This document shows, piece by piece, positions 42,690-56,227 of a stretch of 64,000 nt of DNA. The translations under genes and the position numbers were made by a program. The notes under the pieces were generated by a model. That model ran no database searches. It was not told the origin of the DNA and worked only from the letters and a program-made list of their open reading frames with translations. This DNA is from Amphiscolops sp. MND2022. Lineage: Eukaryota. Position 1 is the stretch's first letter. Each line of letters starts with the position of its first letter. Where the stretch lies: the NCBI GenBank assembly GCA_964187785.1, contig OZ076409.1, positions 16,246,001-16,310,000 of the forward strand, in the 5' to 3' direction.

Positions 42690-44021
42690 ATGATTCTTGA
42701 CGACGATGTTGCTTCTGGTAATGTGGACGTAACAAAAATGCCGATGGATGGTCACGACAATACTGAATATATTCCACCTATTGAAAGCCTCAGCCTTGTT
42801 CAATTGTCGGAGCAATCGCAATCTGGGTCTCCGTCACTTACACCACCACCAACATCTTCTCTACAGAACATACAATCGGCAATAAACACGCAATTATACA
42901 GCGCTGTTGCAGGTGCCAACACTCCACCATCTCGCACGACAGCAATAATTAAAATGAAAATCATTCCACCATTACAAAAACAACACTTCACAACCAAGGA
43001 AAACTTCACTACTGCAACCAATCAATGTTTTTCAGCAATTTTACGTTGCTTTCCACCTACATACAGACAACAGCTTACTATTTCAAAATCATTTACAATT
43101 GTTGGGACCAGACATTTGCATTCAATTAATGTAGTGGCGCCTGTCACAGCCCAGGACATTGTATCAAAATTGCAAACAACAGGAATATCAATGCTTGGCA
43201 AAACTGTATTTCCATCGACAGACAACTTTCTCACTAATTTACCTGGACTCTATCCACGATACACTCAAGTGAGACTTCTACATGCACCAGCACAATGCGA
43301 TGACGAGACCTTAACAGAACTATTACATCTTCCGGCAGATACGACAATCATAGGATTCAAACGTCAGACAGACACGATTGATGGTATGTCCTTTTTCAAT
43401 GGCAAAATAGCATGCACGATAAAAATCAACAATACAACTCATGAAGAAGAACTACGACAATGGTCGTTGGATCAACATGAAAATCCCACAATGATTTGGG
43501 AGGAGATTCCTATCTTTGCATTTATTCCCTCACTTCACAATTGCACGTTCTGTAAACAACATAACAAACCTCACTTTGGACATGACATTGCCTGGTGCAA
43601 ACATGCAAAAGCACATCCAACGACTCCACCATCACCTCCTCTACCACAACAGACATCAACTACAACTTCGCAGATGCCTCTGCCTCCTCCTTCTTCTTCT
43701 GCTACTCCATCTGTTATCGTGCCAACTCCTCCTACTTTGGTTAACAACAACTTGGGTTTAGCTGACGTACCTGTTACAACGACTGATGATTGGCAACCTG
43801 TAACTAAGAAGACTTTCCCTAAACACAGTTTGGTTAGAACGAGGTCTGTTATCAAGGCGAAAAGACCAAAACACCCGAGCCCTGTAACTGAAGTTAACCC
43901 CAATTTGACAGAACCTACGATGACGGCACCGTTCCTTCCGACTACACCCATTTACAATTCATTTGACAGCAAGCGGTATTCTAAATCTTCCAGGTCTGAA
44001 CATGATAGTGTTCAGCCTTAA
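42690..44021 (+). CDS. ORF1p
   Basis: Near-identical to 23929-25260. Confidence 0.9.
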   Translation: MILDDDVASGNVDVTKMPMDGHDNTEYIPPIESLSLVQLSEQSQSGSPSLTPPPTSSLQNIQSAINTQLYSAVAGANTPPSRTTAIIKMKIIPPLQKQHFTTKENFTTATNQCFSAILRCFPPTYRQQLTISKSFTIVGTRHLHSINVVAPVTAQDIVSKLQTTGISMLGKTVFPSTDNFLTNLPGLYPRYTQVRLLHAPAQCDDETLTELLHLPADTTIIGFKRQTDTIDGMSFFNGKIACTIKINNTTHEEELRQWSLDQHENPTMIWEEIPIFAFIPSLHNCTFCKQHNKPHFGHDIAWCKHAKAHPTTPPSPPLPQQTSTTTSQMPLPPPSSSATPSVIVPTPPTLVNNNLGLADVPVTTTDDWQPVTKKTFPKHSLVRTRSVIKAKRPKHPSPVTEVNPNLTEPTMTAPFLPTTPIYNSFDSKRYSKSSRSEHDSVQP

Positions 44022-47000
44022 TTGTAGAGGACTGAAGGATCCTCTTCGCCTTGCCATGACTCTGACTGCTTGTCAGCGTCATGGTGTGAAAAATTTTGTT
44101 CTTTTCCTACAAGAAACTAAGATTTCTGAATTTTCTATCAATCATAGAAAACTACTTACACAACACCATCTCTCGTACTGCATGGTTCCTGCCTCTGATA
44201 CTGCAGGTGGATTGGTGACAATTTTTCCGTCTTCTTTCCACATAACTTACCGTTTTAACAATGAATCCATGCTCCTATTGCGTTTTCAAGAATATAATAT
44301 CACTTTTAGCAACTGTTATGTCAATCCGCTTGATTTTCATCTGGAAAAGCTTAATCATGGTTTCCAACAGCTTTCTCTTCTATCTTCTAGTTCTCACATA
44401 CTTGGTGGAGATTTTAACTGTTTATCAACCCGTGCTGACACATCTAATGTTAATATTCGAAGTAATGATTTCCGCTTACTTCGTTTTCGAAAACTTATGA
44501 ATCTTATGCACCTGCTGGATGTCACACCATGTGCTCCAGCCTCGGCTGCACATCTGTTCACACACTATGATAAAAGGTTAAATACATTTAGTCGTTTAGA
44601 CTACTTTTTTACATCGAGTGTTGACTTCTCTCTCGAAACTGAAGTCATTCCTTTTTCGGATCACAAGTTAATGAGGCTTTGTGAAGCGGCATCTTTTACT
44701 CCAGCAAACAGTCATTGGAAATTAAATGACAACATTCTGCAGTATCACCATGCAGTGCGGGAGGTTTTGGTGAGTTCTATTGCATCCCGGTCTACGGATT
44801 CAGAGTGTATCCTATCGAACTATGATGTCATTAAAAATCTTGTTAGGGATAAACTCCGTATCTTTTGTATCCAGAATCATAGACGTAATCTTTTTGAAGA
44901 AAATCATCTGAAAGAACTAATACTTGATGCAGAGAAATATCTACAAATTTTTGGCGTAGATTCCAAAACTATTTCTCGTCTTTCAGATTTAAATAAAAAA
45001 TTGATGGAACTCCAGCACCAGAATGCTCGTAAATGCCTTAAACAGGTGAAAATGTTTTATGTTGATGCCAATCATGGTGATCCTCAAGTTATTAAAAAAC
45101 ACCTTTCAAATATGAGAAAATCCGTACATATTTCTCAAATACAAGACGACAATGGTGAGGTCTTGACTACTGATGAGCAGATTTTTGAAGCTTTTCATAT
45201 GCATTACTCAGATCGTTTTTCCATTCCGCAGGTCAATATCAATAATGATTCCCATGTCAAGCAGCTGCAAGATGACATTATTGGTACTTTTTGTAGTGTT
45301 AAGAGATCTGATATTGAAAATATTCGCACTCTAACCAGAGACCGGGATATGATTAGTGAACAAGAAGTTATTAATGCCATTACCAAATTGAATTCTGAAA
45401 GTGCTCCTGGTCCTGATGGCCTCACTTCCAACTTTTATAAAGCTCATCAGGAAGTTCTGAGTCCTCTACTCTGCAGGCTGTTTAACCAGATGGTTACTGA
45501 TGGTTGGATGCCGCTATCTTTCTCCAGAGCCATTATAAAACTGATTCCTAAAAAACCCAACGCCAATCGTGTTGAAGATTTTCGTCCCATCAGTCTTATT
45601 AATACAGACCAAAAAATACTCTCTCATATTTCGTCGGAACGAGTTCGCATTCCTGTTGATAAGCTTATTGGTCCCCACCAATCTGCTTATCTTCCTGGGC
45701 GTCACATACACTCTTCTTTATTGAAAGTCTCCTTAAACTTGGAAACCATGCCGTCAAATAATTCTCTCATCGCTATTGATTTTAGCAAAGCCTTTGATAA
45801 ACTAAGTCGAACATTTATCTTTGCGTTATTAGAAAAAATTGGCTTGCACGAAAACACAGTCAAATTGATTCGCATCATGTATATGCATAATATTGCCTAT
45901 CTTGACATCAATGGTCAACTCTCTCAACCTGTTCTTATGGAAAATGGAGTTAGGCAAGGCTGCCCTTTATCCGCGCTCATTTTTATTCTAGGCATTGAAC
46001 CCCTTCTTCATGCAATTCAGCACTCCTTCAACATTAGATCGGATATGCCGTTTAAAATTATCTCGTATGCGGATGATCTTACTTGTGGTATTCACACTGA
46101 TAATATTCAAGATCTTTTTGATATCATTGATACATTTTCTGGCGTTACGAATCTATCTGTTAATCAATCTAAAACTGAAATTCTTACATTGAGTAGTCTT
46201 CGTCCTCCTCTCCAATCTTGTGACGTTGTTAAAATACTGGGTGTTCACTTTAGTTTGGGCAACTCTGCTAGACCTTTCTCTGACTTCATGAACTATGCGC
46301 AACGAAGTGGTCAGTATTGTAACAAATACAATACTCTAATAGCTCGTGCGCGAAATATTCATACATTTGTTATGCAAAAATTAGTTCATGAAATTCGCCA
46401 TCTTTATGTCCTAAGGCCTCAATTAGACAAAATTGATAGTATTTTCATTGATGCTATTTGGCTTGGCCGCAAACACAATCTAAGTAAATTTATTCTCCAG
46501 AGACCATGGTCGGCGATGGGTATTGGTCTTCGGAATTTCCGTCAAACTATTGTTTCTTCCAAAATTATCGACTGCTTCAACTTTCTCTACGAAAACAATT
46601 TGCCCGATAATCTTAAACTGTTACTCCAATCTAGGTTTTTTAGAAATCTTAAATCCTTGTGTCGCACATTTAAATGCTCCATTTCCTTTCCAAACTCCAC
46701 CACCTGTACTCTTTCTATTGATGACCGTCAACTTGTGATTTCCACCCCTCTTCCCACTAAAAAAATTATCATTTTCTTACAGACCGGTCAACTTCGGCAG
46801 CTTTTTGCCGAATCTCTAGTATGGCAGAGAAATTATCTGTTCCTGCTTTTTCTATCTTTTCCTTCATCCGTCACTTGTGGAAGCATCCCTCGTATGCTGC
46901 TTTTGAGAAAAATTATTTATATCTGTTTTTCCTTAATTGCTACTTAGAGAAAACCAAAAAACAAGATTTGGGCTTAGTGTTTTCAGCTCATTGCTGTTTT

Positions 47001-47252
47001 TGTGGTGTTGAAGACGAAACCTTCTCACATCTTATTACTGAATGTCAGCATATTCCATCTCTCAATTTCTTTAAAACTCCTAGTGATTGCTGTCTAGATT
47101 TTCAAAACATGAATGCAATTTACCCTTTCAAACGTCTGATAGCTCTCCTAATTTCCTCATGGAGCGAAGATCCGCTCAGATTCTCTAAGTATTTTTTGAA
47201 TTGTGTCTCCTTAAGGCATCCAACCATTCTTAACCATCAGGCTGTAACGTAA
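44002..47252 (+). pseudogene. ORF2 APE-RT with a 1-bp deletion near 46766
   Basis: AAAAATTATC versus AAAAATTTATC in the intact copy; C-terminus continues in another frame (46821-47252). Could be a sequencing indel. Confidence 0.82.
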
Positions 47253-47405
47253 CTAAGTTCAATTATATTTATATCTTGCAACCAATGAACCATTCACTTA
47301 CTTTGATTAGCTACTGAATTGTCTGAATTATGAACTTGGTCATGACCTACGCTATTTGATTGATTCATTTGTTCCTACTGATTTACTGTAATTAATTCTT
47401 TAAAA

Positions 47406-47515
47406 GCCTAATTGTTGTGATAAACTTATTAAATAGGTAAGTATTCCAACCCTATTGATAAGTTTTATTTGAAAGCAGACTGCGAAAGTGGTCTGCTGCC
47501 CAATTTTTGAACAAG
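47406..47515 (+). ncRNA. Putative SL RNA copy (downstream of insert)
   Basis: Same as 481-590. Confidence 0.75.
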
Positions 47516-47631
47516 GAACAAGCTAGTCTGCACTAACTTAAAAGTTACGCGTATTTTGACCGAGAAAATTTTCGTATCATTGTACGTAATTTTGTTGTTA
47601 AGCATATAAAGCTATTGATTCTACAATGATC

Positions 47632-47750
47632 GGCTACGACCATACCATGTTGAATGCACCGGTTCTCGTCCGATCACCGAAGTTAAACAACATAGGGCCT
47701 GGTTAGTACTTGGATGGGAGACCGCTTGGGAACACCAGGTGTTGTAGCCT
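47632..47750 (+). rRNA. 5S rRNA
   Basis: Same as 707-825. Confidence 0.97.
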
Positions 47751-48326
47751 TTTTTGTCAGAAATGTGGTTTAACTTCGGTGACAGTTTTGCAAAAGGGGT
47801 CAAATTGAAAAGATAGCAAAAAACGGACAACGCCATTAGAAAGAGCGTCCAAAAAAACCCCCATGCTGAAATTTTCGCCGCCATCACTTGAATTTTCATT
47901 GAGTTATGTCATTTTTACTATTTTCACAAAATGTGGTTTAACTTCGGTGACAGTTTTGCAAAAGGGGTCAAAATGAACAGATAGCAAAAAACGGACAACG
48001 GCACTGGAAAGAGGGCCCAAAATTACCCCTAAAACGTGTTTTTCACACTCCTGAGTCGACTTTTGATAATACATGGAATTTCATTTTTAAGCTTACTAAT
48101 TTATGCTTTTCAGCATACATTTTCGTAATAGAGTCAAAATTTTGCTTTCTCACAATTTTTCTGGAATATTTTTGTTTCATCAGATGTCAATAACTTGAAA
48201 CGTCGTCTTTTCATGAGAATTTCTCCTCAAAACAAGTTGTTGGCTGGTAATGGTAAGTCCGTACCGCAGATAGGACTCTCGCGCTCCAAAAATTGACTCT
48301 TTGCTTTTAGCCTAATTGTTGTGATA

Positions 48327-50309
48327 CGGCGTTACTCTGTCAGCCTGCAAACTTTGTTTGCACAGCGCCATCTTGCAAATTTTGCAGCAAAAGTTGCAAA
48401 AGTAATGACTAATTTGAACACGAGTGAGCTTGATCAACATCATAATGAAAATGTTGAGCAAAATTGTTACAAAAATGCAGTTATTTCCTTGTCGAAATCG
48501 AACTCAAATATGGACAAATTACCAATTATTATCAATTTTGCGTTACCACTGACATCTGAAATGTTCAAAAACAGCAAATTACTGGATTCAATATTTGTGG
48601 AAGCTGTTATGGCCGTCAAAAACCGACTTAACTCCAATGAAATTACCATCTTCAAAACTACAATTTTACGCAACAAAGGCAATTTGAAGTGTATTACTGT
48701 GATCATTCCTTACAAACTTGAAAATGCAGCTTCCTCTCTTATTCACGAGGGCATTACTCTTCGCAATCGGAAAATACGGTCTTATTCTGTCAATTATTCC
48801 AACCCGAACAACAATGTCTATCCAAAAAGATTACCAATATCTTTCCGAAACCTACCACACTTTCTGACGGATGAGGATATTTTGAGTAGCTGTGGTCTTC
48901 AAAACTTCAAATTTAGTAGCAAAATTTTTCATCAACAACGACGACTTCCTGATAGCAGCCTTTTTTATACAGGAGAGGCAAGAATTACAGTTTTAATTGA
49001 CAATGAGAATGAGGAAAGTTTACTACAAAACTGGGCCAATAATGCATATGACAAAATGTTTAGTACCAGTGGCATTTTCTTCAAATGTTGCTGTATCCCA
49101 CTTCTCGAATGCTCTTTATGCGTCAATGAGAACCTTCCCAGTGCTCATCAACAATCAAGATGCCCAAAACAACTATCAGACGAACAGCAAATACAGAAAA
49201 ACAGTGAATCTCAGAACCAGAAGTTAACAACTGACTACGTTATGGAAACTGCAGAAACAGAACCAATGTCTAATGAACCTGAACTGTCAGATTAAGATGA
49301 TGCTGAACCAATCTCAAAGGCGCCAAAGCAGACCGATGATGGTACTGAAACCGAATGCAATAACAACGTGGCAGAAACTGAACAATCATGCATTAACAAC
49401 TCAAAGAAACATACCATTCCTATGCAAAAACCTAAACTAATGCATCGCTCAACTGAATGGGAATCCTCAACAGACCTTGCCCGAAATCAAGCAGATGACC
49501 AACAGTCAACGGCAAAGCATGGATATCATGAATACCCATTCTTTTTGGAAAAGAAACAAAACAAAATACTGGCACCCGAAACTATTTTCAACGAAATACC
49601 TCCTATAAAAGAACATGTGATCAAAACCCAACAAACTTCTGGCTACATCAATACACTAGACAAGGAAAAGAAAATTCAAAGGACCTTTTCACTCGTACAA
49701 CCACTGAAGAAAGAAAAACTCGAAGATCTTTTATCTGAATCAAACTGGAAACATTCTGACTCTAACACTATTTTAACTTCTCATTTTGAATTTTACTCAT
49801 TGATCCGGAAGTTTGATCCATTCTATGATGCTACAAACCACCAAATTTACACTATTAATCTGGAGAATAAAATTGTACAAGTTTTCACTGCAGTTGAAAA
49901 CTTATACAATGAAAACAAAAACTAAACCGAAAAAATTCGGACCTTTTGGACTGGAACTTTAAAGTTCTAAATCTCTACAATACCATCATCAATCAACCCA
50001 ATTCCCAATTCTTTTCGAGCACTAGTTGTTCGCAACCTGTATGCAAAAAACGGGTTTTGAGAACAAACTCCTTCCAGGAGCAAACATCTTTTTTTCATAC
50101 ATTCTCCAAACTACATTATACTAATTTCATACCAAAAAAAAAACATTCCCATTTTGGCGCTTTCTCAAAAATGCCATAACCAAGCATCTTCATCTACATA
50201 CTTCAGCTTTTTCAACACTTCAGTTACTCATATACTCATTTTATACATATACCTTAGACTTCATTACTTTTTACTTGTAAATTCTCAGTTTTCAATAAAT
50301 TCTTTAAAA
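48327..50309 (+). mobile_element. Family A element (ORF disrupted)
   Basis: Duplication at 48310 / 50310. Confidence 0.9.
48405..49925 (+). pseudogene. Family A ORF1-like gene with nonsense TCA>TAA at 49293-49295
   Basis: In-frame continuation to 49925; several further private substitutions. Confidence 0.88.
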
Positions 50310-50419
50310 GCCTAATTGTTGTGATAAACATATTAAATAGGTAAGTATTCCAACCCTATTGATAAGTTTTATTTGAAAGCAGACTGCGAAAGTGGTCTGC
50401 TGCCCAATTTTTGAACAAG
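50310..50419 (+). ncRNA. Putative SL RNA copy (T>A at 50330)
   Basis: AAACATATT variant in stem I. Confidence 0.7.
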
Positions 50420-50534
50420 GAACAAGCTAGTCTGCACTAACTTAAAGTTACGCGTATTTTGACCGAGAAAATTTTCGTATCATTGTACGTAATTTTGTTG
50501 TTAAGCATATAAAGCTATTGATTCTACAATGATC

Positions 50535-50653
50535 GGCTACGACCATACCATGTTGAATGCACCGGTTCTCGTCCGATCACCGAAGTTAAACAACATAGGG
50601 CCTGGTTAGTACTTGGATGGGAGACCGCTTGGGAACACCAGGTGTTGTAGCCT
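50535..50653 (+). rRNA. 5S rRNA
   Basis: Same as 707-825. Confidence 0.97.
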
Positions 50654-51228
50654 TTTTTGTCAGAAATGTGGTTTAACTTCGGTGACAGTTTTGCATAAGG
50701 GGTCAAATTGAAAAGATAGCAAAAAACGGACAACGCCATTAGAAAGAGCGTCCAAAAAACCCCCATGCTGAAATTTTCGCCGCCATCACTTGAATTTTCA
50801 TTGAGTTATGTCATTTTTACTATTTTCACAAAATGTGGTTTAACTTCGGTGACAGTTTTGCAAAAGGGGTCAAAATGAACAGATAGCAAAAAACGGACAA
50901 CGGCACTGGAAAGAGGGCCCAAAATTACCCCTAAAACGTGTTTTTCACACTCCTGAGTCGACTTTTGATAATACATGGAAATTCATTTTTAAGCTTACTA
51001 ATTTATGCTTTTCAGCATACATTTTCGTAATAGAGTCAAAATTTTGCTTTCTCACAATTTTTCTGGAATATTTTTGTTTCATCAGATGTCAATAACTTGA
51101 AACGTCGTCTTTTCATGAGAATTTCTCCTCAAAACAAGTTGTTGGCTGGTAATGGTAAGTCCGTACCGCAGATACGACTCTCGCGCTCCAAAAATTGACT
51201 CTTTGCTTTTAGCCTAATTGTTGTGATA

Positions 51229-53215
51229 CGGCGTTACTCTGTCAGCCTGCAAACTTTGTTTGCACAGCGCCATCTTGCAAATTTTGCAGCAAAAGTTGCA
51301 AAAGTAATGACTAATTTGAACACGAGTGAGCTTGATCAACATCATAATGAAAATGTTGAGCAAAATTGTTACAAAAATGCAGTTATTTCCTTGTCGAAAT
51401 CGAACTCAAATATGGACAAATTACCAATTATTATCAACTTTGCCTTACCACTGACATCTGAAATGTTCAAAAACAGCAAATTACTGGATTCAATGTTTGT
51501 GGAAGCTGTTATGGCCGTCAAAAACCGACTTAACTCCAATGAAATTACCATCTTCAAAACTACAATTTTACGCAACAAAGGCAATTTGAAGTGTATTACT
51601 GTGATCATTCCTTACAAACTTGAAAATGCAGCTTCCTCTCTTATTCACGAGGGCATTACTCTTCGCAATCGGAAAATACGGCCTTATTCTGTCAATTATT
51701 CCAACCCGAACAACAATGTCTATCCAAAAAGATTACCAATATCTTTCCGAAACCTACCACACTTTCTGACGGATGAGGATATTTTGAGTAGCTGTGGTCT
51801 TCAAAACTTCAAATTTAGTAGCAAAATTTTTCATCAACAACGACGACTTCCTGATAGCAGCCTTTTTTATACAGGAGAGGCAAGAATTACAGTTTTAATT
51901 GACAATGAGAATGAGGAAAGTTTACTACAAAACTGGGCCAATAATGCATATGACAAAATGTTTAGTTCCAGTGGCATTTTTTTCAAATGTTGCTGTATCC
52001 CACTCCTCGAATGCTCTTTATGCGTCAATGAGAACCTTCGCAGTGCTCATCAACAATCAAGATGCCCAAAACAACTATCAGACGAACAGCAAATACAGAA
52101 AAACAGTGAATCTCAGAACCAGAAGTTAACAACTGACTACGTTATGGAAACTGCAGAAACAGAGCCAATGTCTAATGAACCTGAACTGTCAGATTCAGAT
52201 GATGCTGAACCAATCTCAAAGGCACCAAAGCAGACCGATGATGGTACTGAAACCGAATGCAACAACAACGTGGCAGAAACTGAACAACCATGCATTAACA
52301 ACTCAAAGAAAGATACCATTCCTATGCAAAAACCTAAACTAATGCATCGCTCAACTGAATGGAAATCCTCAACAGACCTTGCCCGAAATCAAGCAGATGA
52401 CCAACAGTCAACGGCAAAGCATGGATATCATGAATACCCATTCTTTTTGGAAAAGAAACAAAACAAAATACTGGCACCCGAAACTATTTTCAACGAAATA
52501 CCTCCTATAAAAGAACATGTGATCAAAACCCAACAAACTTCTGGCTACATCAATACACTAGACAAGGAAAAGAAAATTCAAAGGACCTTTTCACTCGTAC
52601 AACCACTGAAGAAAGAAAAACTCGAAGATCTTTTATCTGAATCAAACTGGAAACATTCTGACTCTAACACTATTTTAACTTCTCATTTTGAATTTTACTC
52701 ATTGATCCGGAAGTTTGATCCATTCTATGATGCTACAAACCACCAAATTTACACTATTAATCTGGAGAATAAAATTGTACAAGTTTTCACTGCAGTTGAA
52801 AACTTATACAATGAAAACAAAAACTAAACTGAAAAATTTCGGACCTTTTTGACTGGAACTTTAAAGTTCTAAATCTCTACAATACCATCATCAATCAACC
52901 CAATTCCCAATTCTTTTCGAGCACTAGTTGTTTGCAACCTGTATGCAAAAAACGGGTTTTGAAAACAAACTCCTTCCAGGAGCAAACATCTTTTTTTCAT
53001 ACATTCTCCAAACTACATTATACTAACTTCATACCTAAAAAAAAAAAAACATTCCCATTTTGGCGCTTTCTCAAAAATGCCATAACCAAGCATCTTCATC
53101 TACATACTTCAGCTTTTTCAACACTTCAGTTACTCATATACTCATTTTATACCTATACCTTAGACTTCATTACTTTTTACTTGTAAATTCTCAGTTTTCA
53201 ATAAATTCTTTAAAA
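51229..53215 (+). mobile_element. Family A element
   Basis: Duplication at 51212 / 53216. Confidence 0.9.
51307..52827 (+). CDS. ORF1-like protein, family A
   Basis: Near-identical to 4013-5533. Confidence 0.87.
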   Translation: MTNLNTSELDQHHNENVEQNCYKNAVISLSKSNSNMDKLPIIINFALPLTSEMFKNSKLLDSMFVEAVMAVKNRLNSNEITIFKTTILRNKGNLKCITVIIPYKLENAASSLIHEGITLRNRKIRPYSVNYSNPNNNVYPKRLPISFRNLPHFLTDEDILSSCGLQNFKFSSKIFHQQRRLPDSSLFYTGEARITVLIDNENEESLLQNWANNAYDKMFSSSGIFFKCCCIPLLECSLCVNENLRSAHQQSRCPKQLSDEQQIQKNSESQNQKLTTDYVMETAETEPMSNEPELSDSDDAEPISKAPKQTDDGTETECNNNVAETEQPCINNSKKDTIPMQKPKLMHRSTEWKSSTDLARNQADDQQSTAKHGYHEYPFFLEKKQNKILAPETIFNEIPPIKEHVIKTQQTSGYINTLDKEKKIQRTFSLVQPLKKEKLEDLLSESNWKHSDSNTILTSHFEFYSLIRKFDPFYDATNHQIYTINLENKIVQVFTAVENLYNENKN

Positions 53216-53325
53216 GCCTAATTGTTGTGATAAACTTATTAAATAGGTAAGTATTCCAACCCTATTGATAAGTTTTATTTGAAAGCAGACTGCGAAAGTG
53301 GTCTGCTGCCCAATTTTTGAACAAG
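53216..53325 (+). ncRNA. Putative SL RNA copy (downstream of insert)
   Basis: Same as 481-590. Confidence 0.75.
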
Positions 53326-53441
53326 GAACAAGCTAGTCTGCACTAACTTAAAAGTTACGCGTATTTTGACCGAGAAAATTTTCGTATCATTGTACGTAAT
53401 TTTGTTGTTAAGCATATAAAGCTATTGATTCTACAATGATC

Positions 53442-53560
53442 GGCTACGACCATACCATGTTGAATGCACCGGTTCTCGTCCGATCACCGAAGTTAAACAA
53501 CATAGGGCCTGGTTAGTACTTGGATGGGAGACCGCTTGGGAACACCAGGTGTTGTAGCCT
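53442..53560 (+). rRNA. 5S rRNA
   Basis: Same as 707-825. Confidence 0.97.
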
Positions 53561-54136
53561 TTTTTGTCAGAAATGTGGTTTAACTTCGGTGACAGTTTTG
53601 CAAAAGGGGTCAAATTGAAAAGATAGCAAAAAACGGACAACGCCATTAGAAAGAGCGTCCAAAAAAACCCCCATGCTGAAATTTTCGCCGCCATCACTTG
53701 AATTTTCATTGAGTTATGTCATTTTTACTATTTTCACAAAATGTGGTTTAACTTCGGTGACAGTTTTGCAAAAGGGGTCAAAATGAACAGATAGCAAAAA
53801 ACGGACAACGGCACTGGAAAGAGGGCCCAAAATTACCCCTAAAACGTGTTTTTCACACTCCTGAGTCGACTTTTGATAATACATGGAATTTCATTTTTAA
53901 GCTTACTAATTTATGCTTTTCAGCATACATTTTCGTAATAGAGTCAAAATTTTGCTTTCTCACAATTTTTCCGGAATATTTTTGTTTCATCAGATGTCAA
54001 TAACTTGAAACGTCGTCTTTTCATGAGAATTTCTCCTCAAAACAAGTTGTTGGCTGGTAATGGTAAGTCCGTACCGCAGATACGAGTCTCGCGCTCCAAA
54101 AATTGACTCTTTGCTTTTAGCCTAATTGTTGTGATA

Positions 54137-56117
54137 CGGCGTTACTCTGTCAGCCTGCAAACTTTGTTTGCACAGCGCCATCTTGCAAATTTTGCAGCAA
54201 AAGTTGCAAAAGTAATGACTAATTTGAACACGAGTGAGCTTGATCAACATCATAATGAAAATGTTGAGCAAAATTGTTACAAAAATGCAGTTATTTCCTT
54301 GTCGAAATCGAACTCAAATATGGACAAATTACCAATTATTATCAACTTTGCCTTACCACTGACATCTGAAATGTTCAAAAACAGCAAATTACTGGATTCA
54401 ATGTTTGTGGAAGCTGTTATGGCCGTCAAAAACCGACTTAACTCCAATGAAATTACCATCTTCAAAACTACAATTTTACGCAACAAAGGCAATTTGAAGT
54501 GTATTACTGTGATCATTCCTTACAAACTTGAAAATGCAGCTTCCTCTCTTATTCACGAGGGCATTACTCTTCGCAATCGGAAAATACGGCCTTATTCTGT
54601 CAATTATTCCAACCCGAACAACAATGTCTATCCAAAAAGATTACCAATATCTTTCCGAAACCTACCACACTTTCTGACGGATGAGGATATTTTGAGTAGC
54701 TGTGGTCTTCAAAACTTCAAATTTAGTAGCAAAATTTTTCATCAACAACGACGACTTCCTGATAGCAGCCTTTTTTATACAGGAGAGGCAAGAATTACAG
54801 TTTTAATTGACAATGAGAATGAGGAAAGTTTACTACAAAACTGGGCCAATAATGCATATGACAAAATGTTTAGTTCCAGTGGCATTTTTTTCAAATGTTG
54901 CTGTATCCCACTCCTCGAATGCTCTTTATGCGTCAATGAGAACCTTCCCAGTGCTCATCAACAATCAAGATGCCCAAAACAACTATCAGACGAACAGCAA
55001 ATACAGAAAAACAGTGAATCTCAGAACCAGAAGTTAACAACTGACTACGTTATGGAAACTGCAGAAACAGAGCCAATGTCTAATGAACCTGAACTGTCAG
55101 ATTCAGATGATGCTGAACCAATCTCAAAGGCACCAAAGCAGACCGATGATGGTACTGAAACCGAATGCAACAACAACGTGGCAGAAACTGAACAACCATG
55201 CATTAACAACTCAAAGAAAGATACAATTCCTATGCAAAAACTCAAACTAATGCATCGCTCAACTGAATGGAAATCCTCAACAGACCTTGCCCGAAATCAA
55301 GCAGATGACCAACAGTCAACGGCAAAGCATGGATATCATGAATACCCATTCTTTTTGGAAAAGAAACAAAACAAAATACTGGCACCCGAAACTATTTTCA
55401 ACGAAATACCTCCTATAAAAGAACATGTGATCAAAACCCAACAAACTTCTGGCTACATCAATACACTAGACAAGGAAAAGAAAATTCAAAGGACCTTTTC
55501 ACTCGTACAACCACTGAAGAAAGAAAAACTCGAAGATCTTTTATCTGAATCAAACTGGAAACATTCTGACTCTAACACTATTTTAACTTCTCATTTTGAA
55601 TTTTACTCATTGATCCGGAAGTTTGATCCATTCTATGATGCTACAAACCACCAAATTTACACTATTAATCTGGAGAATAAAATTGTACAAGTTTTCACTG
55701 CAGTTGAAAACTTATACAATGAAAACAAAAACTAAACTGAAAAATTTCGGACCTTTTTGACTGGAACTTTAAAGTTCTAAATCTCTACAATACCATCATC
55801 AATCAACCCAATTCCCAATTCTTTTCGAGCACTAGTTGTTCGCAACCTGTATGCAAAAAACGGGTTTTGAAAACAAACTCCTTCCAGGAGCAAACATCTT
55901 TTTTTCATACATTCTCCAAACTTCATTATACTAACTTCATACCAAAAAAAACATTCCCATTTTGGCGCTTTCTCAAAAATGCCATAACCAAGCATCTTCA
56001 TCTACATACTTCAGCTTTTTCAACACTTCAGTTACTCATATACTCATTTTATACCTATACCTTAGACTTCATTACTTTTTACTTGTAAATTCTCAGTTTT
56101 CAATAAATTCTTTAAAA
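54137..56117 (+). mobile_element. Family A element
   Basis: Duplication at 54120 / 56118. Confidence 0.9.
54215..55735 (+). CDS. ORF1-like protein, family A
   Basis: Near-identical to 4013-5533. Confidence 0.87.
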   Translation: MTNLNTSELDQHHNENVEQNCYKNAVISLSKSNSNMDKLPIIINFALPLTSEMFKNSKLLDSMFVEAVMAVKNRLNSNEITIFKTTILRNKGNLKCITVIIPYKLENAASSLIHEGITLRNRKIRPYSVNYSNPNNNVYPKRLPISFRNLPHFLTDEDILSSCGLQNFKFSSKIFHQQRRLPDSSLFYTGEARITVLIDNENEESLLQNWANNAYDKMFSSSGIFFKCCCIPLLECSLCVNENLPSAHQQSRCPKQLSDEQQIQKNSESQNQKLTTDYVMETAETEPMSNEPELSDSDDAEPISKAPKQTDDGTETECNNNVAETEQPCINNSKKDTIPMQKLKLMHRSTEWKSSTDLARNQADDQQSTAKHGYHEYPFFLEKKQNKILAPETIFNEIPPIKEHVIKTQQTSGYINTLDKEKKIQRTFSLVQPLKKEKLEDLLSESNWKHSDSNTILTSHFEFYSLIRKFDPFYDATNHQIYTINLENKIVQVFTAVENLYNENKN

Positions 56118-56227
56118 GCCTAATTGTTGTGATAAACTTATTAAATAGGTAAGTATTCCAACCCTATTGATAAGTTTTATTTGAAAGCACACTGCGAAAG
56201 TGGTCTGCTGCCCAATTTTTGAACAAG
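56118..56227 (+). ncRNA. Putative SL RNA copy (G>C at 56190 in stem II)
   Basis: AGCACACTGC variant. Confidence 0.7.

Larger units (their letters stand above)
42467..47405 (+). mobile_element. Tx1/L1-like retrotransposon copy 3 (ORF2 frameshift)
   Basis: 10-11-bp duplication GCCTAATTGT(T) at 42457 / 47406. Confidence 0.94.
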
